From Trueperaceae bacterium (GTDB lineage Bacteria; Deinococcota; Deinococci; Deinococcales; Trueperaceae), in assembly GCA_965213925.1 (NCBI GenBank), contig OZ243927.1:2816001-2880000 (forward strand): a stretch of DNA of 64,000 nucleotides. Direction: 5' to 3'. The translations under genes and the position numbers were made by a program. The notes under the pieces are model-generated. The model searched no databases. It had not been told where the DNA came from and was given only the letters and a program-made list of their open reading frames with translations. Shown one piece after another: positions 37,842-47,910 of the stretch; the stretch's first letter is position 1; every line of letters begins with the position of its first letter.

Positions 37842-38603
37842 TCACGCCTCTTGCGTCCACTGGACACGCTCGATAGAGGTCGCTTTGCCCGCCTCGAGGT
37901 CCAACACTACCGCGCAGAGCGTTCCCGGTTTATCGGCAGGTTTATAACGCTTGGGTAAGCCCGTCCGGAAGCGGTAGACGACCTCGTCGAAGCGCAGACC
38001 GATGGCCGAGTCGAACACGCCCGTCATGCCGACATCAGTGATATAAGCCGTGCCCTTCTTGATCATCTCGTCGGCGGTCTGCACGTGTGTGTGCGTCCCT
38101 AGAACCGCCGCCGCCCGCCCCGCTAAGAGGTGCCCTAGCGCCCGCTTCTCAGAGGTCGCCTCGGCGTGAACGTCTACGATGAGGGTTTCATTCACCTCGT
38201 CGGCAAGGGCGTCTAAAGCGGCGAAGGGATTGTCCGTGGGCGGCATAAAAATACGCCCCATCGCCTGCGCCACCGTGACGCGCTCGCCCGTCCTCGCTTC
38301 GACGCTCGTGTAGCCTAGCCCTGGCGCACCGGAGGTGTAATTCATGGGGCGAATTAGGCGCGGCGTCTCCTCTAAAAGCGTCATAACCTCCTCTTTGTCC
38401 CAGGTGTGATTGCCGAGCGTCACCACGTCTACGCCCGCGCCCAGAATGCGCCCGAAGGTTTTGCGCGTGAGACCGAAGCCGCCCGCCGCGTTTTCTCCGT
38501 TGGCGATGATGAGATCAAAATCGTTTTTGCAGCGCTCTAAGTACGCCTCCAGGACCGCTAACCCAGGATTCCCGAAGATGTCGCCGACGAAAAGAACCCG
38601 CAC
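37842..38603 (-). CDS. ymdB: YmdB-family 2',3'-cyclic nucleotide phosphodiesterase (TIGR00282)
   Basis: VGDIFG, NGENAAGG, TLGNH, DVHAEATSEK, GTHTHVQTAD, TDVGMTG; GTG start at 38603. Confidence 0.94.
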   Translation of the reverse strand: MRVLFVGDIFGNPGLAVLEAYLERCKNDFDLIIANGENAAGGFGLTRKTFGRILGAGVDVVTLGNHTWDKEEVMTLLEETPRLIRPMNYTSGAPGLGYTSVEARTGERVTVAQAMGRIFMPPTDNPFAALDALADEVNETLIVDVHAEATSEKRALGHLLAGRAAAVLGTHTHVQTADEMIKKGTAYITDVGMTGVFDSAIGLRFDEVVYRFRTGLPKRYKPADKPGTLCAVVLDLEAGKATSIERVQWTQEA

Positions 38604-38962
38604 TAACGCGCCTTTTGCGCCTCGTACGCTTCGCGCCAACACGCCTCGTCCCAGCCTACCGTAAGCGTGTCGCCGCTTCTTACAAGAGGTTGCACCATCA
38701 GCGCGGGGTTTTGGATGAGCTTGTCCATCATCGCCTCATCGCCGACGCGCATGTACTCGAGCCCCGCCTTTTCGTACGCCTTACCCTTCGTGTCGACGAG
38801 CGCGTTAAGACCCACTTTCTGCACGAAGCGCTTCAGCTCGCCCGGCGCGATCTCGCGCTCTTTAAGGTCCACGAACTGCGGCTTGATGCCCCGCTCCTTA
38901 AAGAAGCGGAGCGCTTTTTTGGTGTCTTGCGACTTTTTGGTGCCGAATATCTGGACGTTCAC
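38603..38962 (-). CDS. ArsC/Spx/MgsR-family thioredoxin-fold protein lacking CxxC
   Basis: VQIFGTKKSQDTKKALRFFKERGI, NPALMVQPLVR. Confidence 0.85.
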   Translation of the reverse strand: MNVQIFGTKKSQDTKKALRFFKERGIKPQFVDLKEREIAPGELKRFVQKVGLNALVDTKGKAYEKAGLEYMRVGDEAMMDKLIQNPALMVQPLVRSGDTLTVGWDEACWREAYEAQKAR

Positions 38963-39028
38963 GAGTGTAGTCTAGTCGAATTGTACGGGGGAGATGTTTC
39001 TGTATATCGCAACAGGCTTGAAGAAAGC

Positions 39029-39481
39029 TCATGAGAACAGCGACTTACGAATTTCTACGGTGACTTCGCCGTCTGGCTCCACCTTCTTTTCTACCGCTTC
39101 GTAACCGAGGTGAAGGTAGAAGTCTAAGGCGGTGAGGCTCGAGTACGCCCTAAGCGCCTCCAAACCTCTTCCCCTTGCGACCTCTTCTACATGCGTTACC
39201 AGCAGCTTACCGACGCCACCACCATGTAAATCTGGATAGACAAACACGCTGCCGAGTTCATCTTCTTTCAAGGTCGCTGTGCCGACAACCTCTTCTTGCA
39301 CCGCCACGAAGCTCAACCGCTCGCCGAACCTCTCTCGCACCTTTCCGGGTGTGAATTCACCGCACAACCTCTCGATTTGAGAGGGCGTGTAGTCACGGCT
39401 ATTGACCTCTTTCAAACAGCGCATGATGACACCTGAGGCTCCCTCACTATCGTTGGAGTGAAAGGGACGAATCTTTATCAA
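39029..39481 (-). CDS. GNAT acetyltransferase
   Basis: VFVYPDLHGGGVGK, SSLTALDFYLHLGY. Confidence 0.9.
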   Translation of the reverse strand: MIKIRPFHSNDSEGASGVIMRCLKEVNSRDYTPSQIERLCGEFTPGKVRERFGERLSFVAVQEEVVGTATLKEDELGSVFVYPDLHGGGVGKLLVTHVEEVARGRGLEALRAYSSLTALDFYLHLGYEAVEKKVEPDGEVTVEIRKSLFS

Positions 39482-41703
39482 GAGGGCGTCAAAATCTCCT
39501 CGAACTCCAGATTCTCCGCCGCCAAAACGAACACCGTTGTAGGCAACTTGTCCGCCCGCTCCTGCAATGACTCGTAGTACGGCACGTAGTCGTCCCCTTC
39601 GGGCGCTCTCATCCCTAAAAAGACGAGGTCGGCGTTCGCGGATGACTCGCGCAAGATGTTATCGAAGGAGCGTCCGCCGGAGAGGATCACGTCGGTTTTC
39701 GCGCCCGTCCTGACGCTGTCGACCACGGCGTCTAGGTTGCGCTTCGCGCCCTCGACGCCCTTCTCCGAGCCCACCACCATCTTGATGCGGATTTCCGCGC
39801 CGCGCCAGCTCGAGGAGGTCTTTAAGAGGTACGCCAAAGTTATCATCAAGCCGCCGTTCCCTTTGAGACCGCCCCACCACACGTCGATGCGCTTGCGGTG
39901 ACCGTAACCCTTTTGGGAATTGTTATGGACGATGACCAAGTTGCGCTCCGACTGGTGAAAGTTGGCGAGCATCTGGCAGAAGCGCTCTCTTCGCTCGGAG
40001 GACTCGCTGTCACCTAAAAGCACCGTATTCGGCACGAGCGGGCCTAACCCGTAGGTTTCGACGAGCCGCTCCGCGCCCGCGAAAGCGTCGGGCGCACGCA
40101 CGATGCGCAAGAGGGCTTGCACGCCGCGCTCTTCTAGGTAGTCCTGAACGGTGCGCTCCAAAGAGTCCTCGCGCTGGGGCGAGATGGAGCGGTCGGTGAG
40201 CACGCTGGCGATGGTCACAAGCGCGCGGTTATGGGAGAGCGAGAGCGCCAAGTCCACCAGATGCCAACGTTTGGTCGGCGCGCCGGAGAGCACCAAGAGG
40301 TGAGGTCGCCAGTTTTTGGGGTCGGGGTCACTCCGCAGACGTAAAAGCCCCGCGCGCGTCACCGCCATCCAGAGTCCCTGGCGCACGTCGCCCCAGGCGG
40401 TGCGGAGTTCGCGGCGCTCCAACCACACGAAGATAACCAGCACCACGACCACCGCGATCGCCGTGGCGAGCGCGTTGATGAGGAGCATTACCGCGATACA
40501 ACCCACCGCGCCTAAGAGCGACCACGCCCAGTGCACCTGAAACTTGGGGCGGTACGACGGGCTCGCCAACATCCGCTCGACCGCCGCCGCGATATTGAGG
40601 ACGCCGTAGGTGGTCAAAAAGAACATCGTGAGAATCGGCGCGATGAGGTTGAGGTTGCCGAAGTACACCGCCGCCAACGCCACGCCCAAGGTGACGAACG
40701 TGCCGATGCGCGGCTGGTCCGACTCGCCGCTGCCGCGACCCAACCAGCGCAGCATGGGCGGCAACACGCCGTCACGCGCTAAGGCTTGCAGCACCCTAGG
40801 CGCACCGAGGATGCTGCCTAGGGCGCTCGAGAGCGTCGCCCCCCATACGCCTAAAAGGATCGCGTCGCCCCAGAACGCCATCTTGCGCATGATCAAAGGG
40901 TCCTCGATGAGCGTCACCGCGTCCGCCCTGGTCGCCAGCAAGATAGGCAGCAGCATGTAGATGACGTAGCCCACGCCCACCGCCGCAAAGGTGCCGAGCG
41001 GGATGGACTTTGCCGGGTTGCGCAGGTCGCCCGAGAGATTCACGCCCGCCATGATGCCCGTAACCGCCGGAAAAAAAACCGCGAAAACCGTCCAAAAGGG
41101 TTCCGAAACGCGGTCCGACGCGCCGAACATCTCGATGTTGGACTGCTCTATAGGTCCGCCGAAAAGCAGCGACAGCAGTGAAATCGCAATCGCCGTCATG
41201 ATGATGTACTGCGAGCGGATCACGATTTGCGCCGAGATGAGCGCCAGCGCCGCTACGCCAAGCGTAACCACAATGCCTACGGTGCGCTGGTCCAACTCAG
41301 GGAACACGCCCGCCAAACTCTCCGCAAAACCGATCGTATAGAGTGAAACCGACAGCGCTTGCGCGAAGTAGAGCGGGATGCCCACCGCGCCGCCCGTCTC
41401 GATGCCCAAAGAGCGGCTGATCATGTAGTACGCGCCGCCGATGCGCACGCGCTGGTCGGTAGCGATGGCTGAAATCGAAAGGGTCGTCAAAAAAGTGATG
41501 GACGTAGCGAGCGTGACGATGGCGAGCGTGCCGATGAGCCCCGCGTTGCCGACCACCCAGCCGAACCGCAAATACATGATGACGCCCAAGATCGTCAGGA
41601 TGGAGGGGGTGAAGACGCCGCCGAAGGTGCCGAGCTTGCCGTCTTGCGGGGCGGGTTCGGAAGAACCAGACTCAGAGGAAAAAAAGGAGAGAGGATTTTT
41701 CAT
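39478..41703 (-). CDS. Prokaryotic cation-chloride cotransporter (SLC12/CCC-like APC transporter)
   Basis: GVFTPSILTILGVIMYLR, GGAYYMISRSLG, FFPAVTGIMAG..LSGDL, KNWRP, IDVWW. Confidence 0.92.
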   Translation of the reverse strand: MKNPLSFFSSESGSSEPAPQDGKLGTFGGVFTPSILTILGVIMYLRFGWVVGNAGLIGTLAIVTLATSITFLTTLSISAIATDQRVRIGGAYYMISRSLGIETGGAVGIPLYFAQALSVSLYTIGFAESLAGVFPELDQRTVGIVVTLGVAALALISAQIVIRSQYIIMTAIAISLLSLLFGGPIEQSNIEMFGASDRVSEPFWTVFAVFFPAVTGIMAGVNLSGDLRNPAKSIPLGTFAAVGVGYVIYMLLPILLATRADAVTLIEDPLIMRKMAFWGDAILLGVWGATLSSALGSILGAPRVLQALARDGVLPPMLRWLGRGSGESDQPRIGTFVTLGVALAAVYFGNLNLIAPILTMFFLTTYGVLNIAAAVERMLASPSYRPKFQVHWAWSLLGAVGCIAVMLLINALATAIAVVVVLVIFVWLERRELRTAWGDVRQGLWMAVTRAGLLRLRSDPDPKNWRPHLLVLSGAPTKRWHLVDLALSLSHNRALVTIASVLTDRSISPQREDSLERTVQDYLEERGVQALLRIVRAPDAFAGAERLVETYGLGPLVPNTVLLGDSESSERRERFCQMLANFHQSERNLVIVHNNSQKGYGHRKRIDVWWGGLKGNGGLMITLAYLLKTSSSWRGAEIRIKMVVGSEKGVEGAKRNLDAVVDSVRTGAKTDVILSGGRSFDNILRESSANADLVFLGMRAPEGDDYVPYYESLQERADKLPTTVFVLAAENLEFEEILTPS

Positions 41704-41857
41704 GGGAATGAGGTCATGGTAACAGGTTTGAGAATTCAGGAGCGCAGACAGCCTTACGCAACCGTGAGGCACTTCATTAAGCCCGAACCTCACTTATGAA
41801 AAATGTCACATTCATAACGTTTTTTTGTTACACTTATCCAAGTCAAAGGAGGCTTTC

Positions 41858-42721
41858 ATGAACCGTCGTATTTACCTGTTTTTCTCCGTCCTTGCGCTTC
41901 TGCTACTTATGGCTTGTAGTTCAGACCCAGTGACGCCAACACCAAATCCAACGCCTTCACCCGTGATCCCGCCCACACCGAACGGCAATACGATTTCAGG
42001 AACCGTCACGGGGCCTGGCGATGTCTCAAATACTCTCGTCATTGCTGCCGTTGGAGAAACCCCTGCATCTCAGGCCTTTGCGGATGCTTCAGGTAACTAC
42101 ACGCTTGCCGACCTTGCACCCGGTTCGTATCAAATAATTGCCGTCAAAGATATAGATAATAACGGTCTTACTAACGGCGACTACATTGGCGCTTATCCGA
42201 GTTTTGAAGCGCCCACCCCTGTTACACCACCCGCAAGTGGCATCAACATCACGATGCAAGTTTACAATGATGGGTCAGCACCTCCAGAGCCCGTCGATCC
42301 GGTTGATCCTACACCGACTCCTGGTACTGGGATTAGCGGCACGGTCACTGCGCTGCCCGGAACCGACATTGCTGGAACACTCGTAGGAGCTTGTCCTGTA
42401 GTAGGCGACAGCCCGGACTGCACCAATCCGGCAAGTATTATAGAGATTGCCCAAGCAGGACCGAGTGCGCCGTACACTCTCGACGTATCCGCAGGACTGT
42501 ATGCTGTCGCAGCGTATCAAAGCGCGGACGGAGGCAGCACCTACACCGTTGTAGGTATCTACGAAAATAGTCAAAATCTAGTCTACGTTTCGCCTCCAGC
42601 CAGCGATATTAACTTTCAAATAGAGATTGCCGCTGGTGCTACTAGCCTCGATGTCTCGGGAGTAGACAAACTGAACTCAAGCAAGCTCAACTTAGATAAG
42701 CTCCAGGACTTACTCGAGTAA
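41858..42721 (+). CDS. Lipoprotein with two tandem beta-sandwich (carboxypeptidase regulatory-like) domains
   Basis: AAGGAGG RBS; LLLMAC lipobox; repeated ISGTVT domain starts; PT/PV linkers. Confidence 0.82.
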   Translation: MNRRIYLFFSVLALLLLMACSSDPVTPTPNPTPSPVIPPTPNGNTISGTVTGPGDVSNTLVIAAVGETPASQAFADASGNYTLADLAPGSYQIIAVKDIDNNGLTNGDYIGAYPSFEAPTPVTPPASGINITMQVYNDGSAPPEPVDPVDPTPTPGTGISGTVTALPGTDIAGTLVGACPVVGDSPDCTNPASIIEIAQAGPSAPYTLDVSAGLYAVAAYQSADGGSTYTVVGIYENSQNLVYVSPPASDINFQIEIAAGATSLDVSGVDKLNSSKLNLDKLQDLLE

Positions 42722-42736
42722 TACCCACGCCTAGAC

Positions 42737-42770
42737 GAGGAGAAGAGGTGCGACCTCTTCTCCTCTTTTT
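42737..42770 (+). terminator. Intrinsic terminator
   Basis: GAGGAGAAGAGG / CCTCTTCTCCTC stem followed by T run. Confidence 0.88.
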
Positions 42771-42829
42771 AGCTCGAGCACACCAACCTCAAATATGCGC
42801 CGTAGCGAACGCCGAACTATCTAGCGCAC

Positions 42830-43957
42830 TCAAACCGATACCGCCTCAACCTTTTTCCAATCGTAGGTTTGTCCGCTCAGCGCCGTTAAAAGCGTGTTCA
42901 AGATGAGCGCGTCGGGACGGAGGTAGCGCCCATAATACCGCGCGTTATTCACCATCATCTCGCGTCTTAGCGCCTCGTCATCGAAAAGACGCTGCACCTG
43001 CGCCACGCACTGCTCGGGCGTGCTGAAGCTCAGGTAGTTGCGCCCCGCTTGGAAGTCGCCGGGCACCTCGTAGTTCAGCTTTTCCGAGACGATGGCTTTC
43101 GAAGTGGCGACGTACTCGCCCAGCTTTCCGCCTGTTGAGCCGAGCAGACCCGTCGTCGCGACACCGATGGGGTATTCCTGAAGCAGCTTAAAATAGTTGC
43201 CTTTCGAGGCGGCGGCAGCGTCTGGCATGAGCGCGTCCGGGTAGCGTTCCCGCGCGTAGGGTTCGTGCATGAATCCGCCGTAGAAACGCCTTCCGAACGC
43301 CTCTCTTAGCGCCCGAATACACGCCGCGCGCGTCTCGTTGATCTGGTCGAGTTCAGCGACGCGCTCGGGCGGACGGTCGGGCGCGCTGTAGGGGTCCCAG
43401 GTTCTCACCATGAAGAGCACCTTGGGCTGCGCTAAGTTTTGCGGCGGCAACGACTCGAGCATCGAGACCCGCGGCGTAAAGCCAAGCAGGTCGAACGCAC
43501 CGACGGGGCGAACGACGTGCCGCCAACTCTTTCGGTCGATAAATCTGAGGTTGCGCCGCGCGCCGCGCCAATCTGACCCGTCCGGGTAGACGTTGTAGTA
43601 AAGGCCTAGCGGGTGCACCTTCTCGCGCATATCCAGGTGCCGCAAATGACGCGCCGAAAAGCTCCGTTTGAAGTAGAGGTCGGACGCCTCTAAAAACGGC
43701 TCGTCGAGTTCCCAGCTGTCGTGTGCGTCGTAATGGAACCGCAACGTACCGTTGACGAGGACGCTCAGGTGCGCGCGCCTGGCGTCGCGAAGGTGCTTCG
43801 TCCGCTCGGGGAAGTGGGTAGGCTCCCCGGAGAAGTGCTGCTCCAAGTTGATGAGACCGCGCCGGTGGAGCATGAGAAAGCCCGTATAGGCTTGCTGAAC
43901 ATGGGGACCGTTCGAATGCGAGAGAAGTTGACAAGTCGTTTTCATGATGGAAGACAC
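42830..43957 (-). CDS. Hypothetical protein, probable GT-B glycosyltransferase-like
   Basis: DLYFKRS, GVATTGLLGSTGGKLGEYVA..KAIVSE, NYLSF..PEQC; resembles GT-B C-terminal domains. Confidence 0.65.
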   Translation of the reverse strand: MSSIMKTTCQLLSHSNGPHVQQAYTGFLMLHRRGLINLEQHFSGEPTHFPERTKHLRDARRAHLSVLVNGTLRFHYDAHDSWELDEPFLEASDLYFKRSFSARHLRHLDMREKVHPLGLYYNVYPDGSDWRGARRNLRFIDRKSWRHVVRPVGAFDLLGFTPRVSMLESLPPQNLAQPKVLFMVRTWDPYSAPDRPPERVAELDQINETRAACIRALREAFGRRFYGGFMHEPYARERYPDALMPDAAAASKGNYFKLLQEYPIGVATTGLLGSTGGKLGEYVATSKAIVSEKLNYEVPGDFQAGRNYLSFSTPEQCVAQVQRLFDDEALRREMMVNNARYYGRYLRPDALILNTLLTALSGQTYDWKKVEAVSV

Positions 43958-44051
43958 CTTCTACCCTGCGCTATAGGACGCGGGTTCAGGCGTAACGTTT
44001 CGCCAGGTCGACGGTGCTTACATTTCGCAACCTTTTGGTACTACCCGCGCC

Positions 44052-44092
44052 CTTCAGGTTGCGCCGCTCATACCGAGCGGCGCAACCTGAAG
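44052..44092. repeat. Perfect 18-bp inverted repeat downstream of dxs
   Basis: CTTCAGGTTGCGCCGCTC-ATACC-GAGCGGCGCAACCTGAAG; no U-tract. Confidence 0.85.
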
Positions 44093-44168
44093 TTACCCTA
44101 GTTTACTTTGATGTAACATTTCTCACTGTGACTGTTGACGCGACGAGTGGAAATGCGTTCAGCAGACC

Positions 44169-46043
44169 TTAGTCAGAAGCCTCGAGCACCTTGACCAAGT
44201 CGAGAGATGCGAGGACCTCACGAATGCCCTTAGGACCGTAGCCGTACTCCTCGTGCTGCGCCTTCGGATCGCCGTGCGGCACGTGCTCGTCGGGGATGCC
44301 TAAGCGGATGAGTTGCGTCTCTAGGCGCTCGTCTTTGAGAAACTCCGCTACCGCCGAGCCTAGCCCACCGGTGCGGACGTGATCTTCCGCGGTGATGAGC
44401 ACGTCCGCTTCTTCGGCTATTGACCTTAGCATGTCCTCGTCGAACGGCTTGACAAAGCGCGCGTTGATGACGCCCACTTCGGGGGAGCCCTCGGCGGCTT
44501 GCAGCGCGTAGCCGAGTGTCGGACCGAGCGCTAGGATATAGGCTTTTTTGCCCTCTTTGAGCCGTTCCCAACTCCCCCAGGTGATGTCGGGCCACTCGCC
44601 TAACCCTACGTCTGGCGCGGCGGCAGTTTTGCCTCTAGGCCAGCGGATCGCTTTAGGACCGCTTAGCCTCAGCGCTGCTTTGAACATCGCGCGCATCTCC
44701 TGCGCGTCTTTGGGCATCGCCACCGACATATTAGGGAGCGCGCGCAAGTAAGCGATGTCGTAAACGCCCTGGTGCGTCATGCCGTCGCTGCCGACGAGCC
44801 CGGCGCGGTCGATCGCAAACATCACGTCCAGGTTTTCCAAGCACACGTCGTGAATGACTTGGTCGTAGCCGCGCTGCAAAAAGGTGCTGTAGATCGCGAC
44901 GATGGGTTTTTCACCGCGCAGGGCTAAACCCGCCGCCGTCGTCACGCACACGTCTTCGGCGATGCCTACGTCTAAATAGCGATCCGGGTGCGCTTGGCTG
45001 TAACCGTCGAGCCCGCTGCCGATGCGCATGGCGGGCGTGAGAACCCACACCCGGTCGTCCTTATCAGCGAGTTCGGTAGCGGTGTCACCGAAGGCGTTGC
45101 TCCAGCCGTACGCCTTATCCGCTTTGACTGGGTTGACCGCGTCAAACTTGGGCGGACCGTGCCAGTACATCGGGTCGGACTCGGCGATCTTATAGCCCTT
45201 GCCCTTTTTCGTGACGATGTGGAGCATGGTGGGACCGGGCAAGTGTTCGACGTGCTCTAGGTAGTACAAAAGCTGGTCGATGTCGTGACCGTCAATAGGA
45301 CCGACGTAACGCAGCCCCATCGCGTGAAAGGGGTTGGCGCTCGCCGGGTCAAAAAAGCGCCGCGCGGACTTCTTGGCGCGGCTGCCGAATTCGGCTAGGG
45401 GCTGCCACATCCCGGAGAGCGCCCGCTTGCCCGTCTCCTCGGCGTTTTGAAACCACTCTTGCACCTGCAGCGTGCGCATAAACGTGTTGAGCGCACCGAC
45501 GTTCTCGCTGATCGACATCTCGTTGTCGTTCAAAATAATCGTCATCTTAGGTTTGACGTGACCGATCTGGTTGAGCGCCGCTAACGCCTCGCCGCCCGTC
45601 AGCGCGCCGTCGCCAATCACCGCGAGCACGCTGTAGGGCGCTTTTCTGGCGTCCCTAGCGAGCGCCATACCGAACGCCGCCGCCAAGCTCGTGCTGGCGT
45701 GCCCCACGGTGAGCGCGTCGTGCGGCGACTCGGACGAGGTCGTGAAACCCGCCAAGCCGCCCGGCTTGCGGATCGTGTCAATGCGGTCTTTGCGCCCCGT
45801 AATGATTTTATGACCGTAGGTCTGATGACCCACATCCCAGACGATGCGGTCCTGGGCGGTGTTATAGAGGTGATGGAGCGCTACGGTCAGTTCGACCGCG
45901 CCTAGGCTCGAGGCCAGATGCCCTCCACCCAACGCGCACACCCGCACGATCTCGCTACGCAGTTCACCGGCGAGCTGATGCAGTTCGTCGCGCGAAAGCG
46001 CCGTTACGTCGTCCGTGCTGTTGACGCGCTCAAGCACTGACAT
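44169..46043 (-). CDS. dxs: 1-deoxy-D-xylulose-5-phosphate synthase
   Basis: GGHLASSLG, WDVGHQ, GHASTS, IGDGALTGG, LNDNEMSI, DRAGLVG.DG.THQG. Confidence 0.98.
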   Translation of the reverse strand: MSVLERVNSTDDVTALSRDELHQLAGELRSEIVRVCALGGGHLASSLGAVELTVALHHLYNTAQDRIVWDVGHQTYGHKIITGRKDRIDTIRKPGGLAGFTTSSESPHDALTVGHASTSLAAAFGMALARDARKAPYSVLAVIGDGALTGGEALAALNQIGHVKPKMTIILNDNEMSISENVGALNTFMRTLQVQEWFQNAEETGKRALSGMWQPLAEFGSRAKKSARRFFDPASANPFHAMGLRYVGPIDGHDIDQLLYYLEHVEHLPGPTMLHIVTKKGKGYKIAESDPMYWHGPPKFDAVNPVKADKAYGWSNAFGDTATELADKDDRVWVLTPAMRIGSGLDGYSQAHPDRYLDVGIAEDVCVTTAAGLALRGEKPIVAIYSTFLQRGYDQVIHDVCLENLDVMFAIDRAGLVGSDGMTHQGVYDIAYLRALPNMSVAMPKDAQEMRAMFKAALRLSGPKAIRWPRGKTAAAPDVGLGEWPDITWGSWERLKEGKKAYILALGPTLGYALQAAEGSPEVGVINARFVKPFDEDMLRSIAEEADVLITAEDHVRTGGLGSAVAEFLKDERLETQLIRLGIPDEHVPHGDPKAQHEEYGYGPKGIREVLASLDLVKVLEASD

Positions 46044-46279
46044 AAGGTCTCCTGCGGGTTATAAGGATCCGAAAAGAGCAAACAGCATTGTTACACATAA
46101 CTCAGTCTATCAGGGAGCTTTGCCCGAGCTATGTGTGGAGACCTCCTGTTAAAGTTGCGTGAACCCTGCGGGAGATTTTTTTGATCCTGCGCGCTTAGTT
46201 AGAGGCGAACCGAGCGAGTTCCCGGTCGCTGCTTCTCACAGTGCTTCTTTCGGTGCAGCGTTACAGTGCCTACGCAGAC

Positions 46280-46969
46280 CTACTGCGCCTGCGCAAGCCC
46301 AAAGTTCGCGTCTGTCAGCACGAGGTCGAGTTCGGTGCGCACCTCGCCAACAAAGGGCGCGAACCAGATTTCTTGACGCACCGTCTGAGTGTCCGTCTCG
46401 TCCTCCGCGCCCCTAAGTTGGCTCTCCAAGTTAATGACGAAGACGTCGAACGCCCCCGCTTCGACCCGCACCTGCCGCTTATCCACCACCGAATAGGTAT
46501 AGGTAAAGCGCAAGGTGTCGCGTTGACTTTCGGGAGGCGCGTCGGAGTAGTAGATGTTGGCGGTGGACTCGCCGCCCCAGCTCGCGCCGACGCGCAGAGC
46601 GCTCTGCGCGGGCAGTTCTTGGAGGGGCGGGTCGAAGGTGAGCTGCGTGCCGGGGCGTAGCTCGCGCAGCACGAAGACCCCCTCGGGTCGGTACTGCTTA
46701 AAGGTGCGCACGTCCAAGCCGCGCCCCGCTAAGCGCCAAGCGATCCAGCGCTCGCCGCCGATAAGGGTGGGACCTTCGACTTGCTGAAAGACGGGGAGCG
46801 CGCCGAGCGACGCGCCCGCAGGCAAGTAGGTCCAGGTCGCACCCGTCTCTCGAGGATAAAAGGAAGGCTCGCCCGCGAGCTGCGCAATCTCGACGCGGCC
46901 CTCTTCAGCGGAGGGCGCGCACGCGCTGAGCAGCAGCGCTAAAACGAGCAGGAGGGAAAAACGCATCAT
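46280..46969 (-). CDS. Hypothetical beta-rich lipoprotein
   Basis: LLLSAC lipobox; FYP..TGATWTY, VEAGAFDVF, WFAPFVGEVR. Confidence 0.8.
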   Translation of the reverse strand: MMRFSLLLVLALLLSACAPSAEEGRVEIAQLAGEPSFYPRETGATWTYLPAGASLGALPVFQQVEGPTLIGGERWIAWRLAGRGLDVRTFKQYRPEGVFVLRELRPGTQLTFDPPLQELPAQSALRVGASWGGESTANIYYSDAPPESQRDTLRFTYTYSVVDKRQVRVEAGAFDVFVINLESQLRGAEDETDTQTVRQEIWFAPFVGEVRTELDLVLTDANFGLAQAQ

Positions 46970-47137
46970 GCTTTTAATGTACCGTGACCCTCGCAAGATG
47001 CTTTGAAGAATTTCACATCGGGGCGTGCGAGCGTCCGCGCCTATTCTCTGCATATCCTTGACGCCCTCCATAGCGCGGTGAAGCAGTGCTTTTCACAAAG
47101 TGCCGCGCGCCCCTACAGGAGTGTTAGCATACCCTCT

Positions 47138-47899
47138 ATGCGCACGCTCATCCTCAGCGATATTCACGCCAACCTCGTCGCCTTCGAAGCGACCATGCGC
47201 CACGCCTCGAAGCAAAGCTGGGATGAGGTCGTCTTTCTGGGCGACATCGTCGGCTACTACGCCGAGCCCGAACAGAGCGTGGCGACGCTGCGCGAGCTAA
47301 ATCCTAAAGTGACGATCCTCGGCAACCACGACGCGATGCTCCTGAGCGAAGTCGGCGAGCGCGGCAGCAGCGACTTTCGCTCGCGCAGCGTCGTCGCGGA
47401 GGTCGTGAGCAAGCACGCGCAGGCGCTGTCTAAAGAGAGCATCGACTATATCAGCAGTTTTCAAGATCACGCCTTAGCCGACGGGTGGGAGGCGACGCAC
47501 GGCTCCTTGAAAGAGCGCTGGGCGTACCTCTCGGACTTGCCCAAAGCGCAGAAGAATCTGCCCGCGATGCAGCGCGACCTCTTGCTCTTCGGGCATACGC
47601 ACGTGCCTGTCGCGTACGTATGCATTACGGTCGGCGGCAAAGAGATGTGGCGCACCGTGCCTTTTCGCGCCGAGAGCGCACGCTACCGAATCCCGCCTAA
47701 CGCGCGGGTGCTCTTTAACCCCGGCTCGGTGGGGCAGCCGCGCGACGGCGTGCCCCAAGCGAGCTACGCCATCTTGGACGAAGAGGCGCAAACGTTGGAG
47801 CTGTTCCGCGTGGATTTCGACATCACCAAGGTGCAGCGGCGGCTGCGCGAGGCCGGCTACGAGCCCTCGCTGGGGACGAGGCTCGAGCGCGGCACGTAG
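47138..47899 (+). CDS. Calcineurin-like metallophosphoesterase
   Basis: SDIHAN, LGDIVGY, GNHD, HGS, GHTH, NPGSVGQPRDG. Confidence 0.94.
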   Translation: MRTLILSDIHANLVAFEATMRHASKQSWDEVVFLGDIVGYYAEPEQSVATLRELNPKVTILGNHDAMLLSEVGERGSSDFRSRSVVAEVVSKHAQALSKESIDYISSFQDHALADGWEATHGSLKERWAYLSDLPKAQKNLPAMQRDLLLFGHTHVPVAYVCITVGGKEMWRTVPFRAESARYRIPPNARVLFNPGSVGQPRDGVPQASYAILDEEAQTLELFRVDFDITKVQRRLREAGYEPSLGTRLERGT

Positions 47900-47910
47900 A
47901 CCATACAGGT

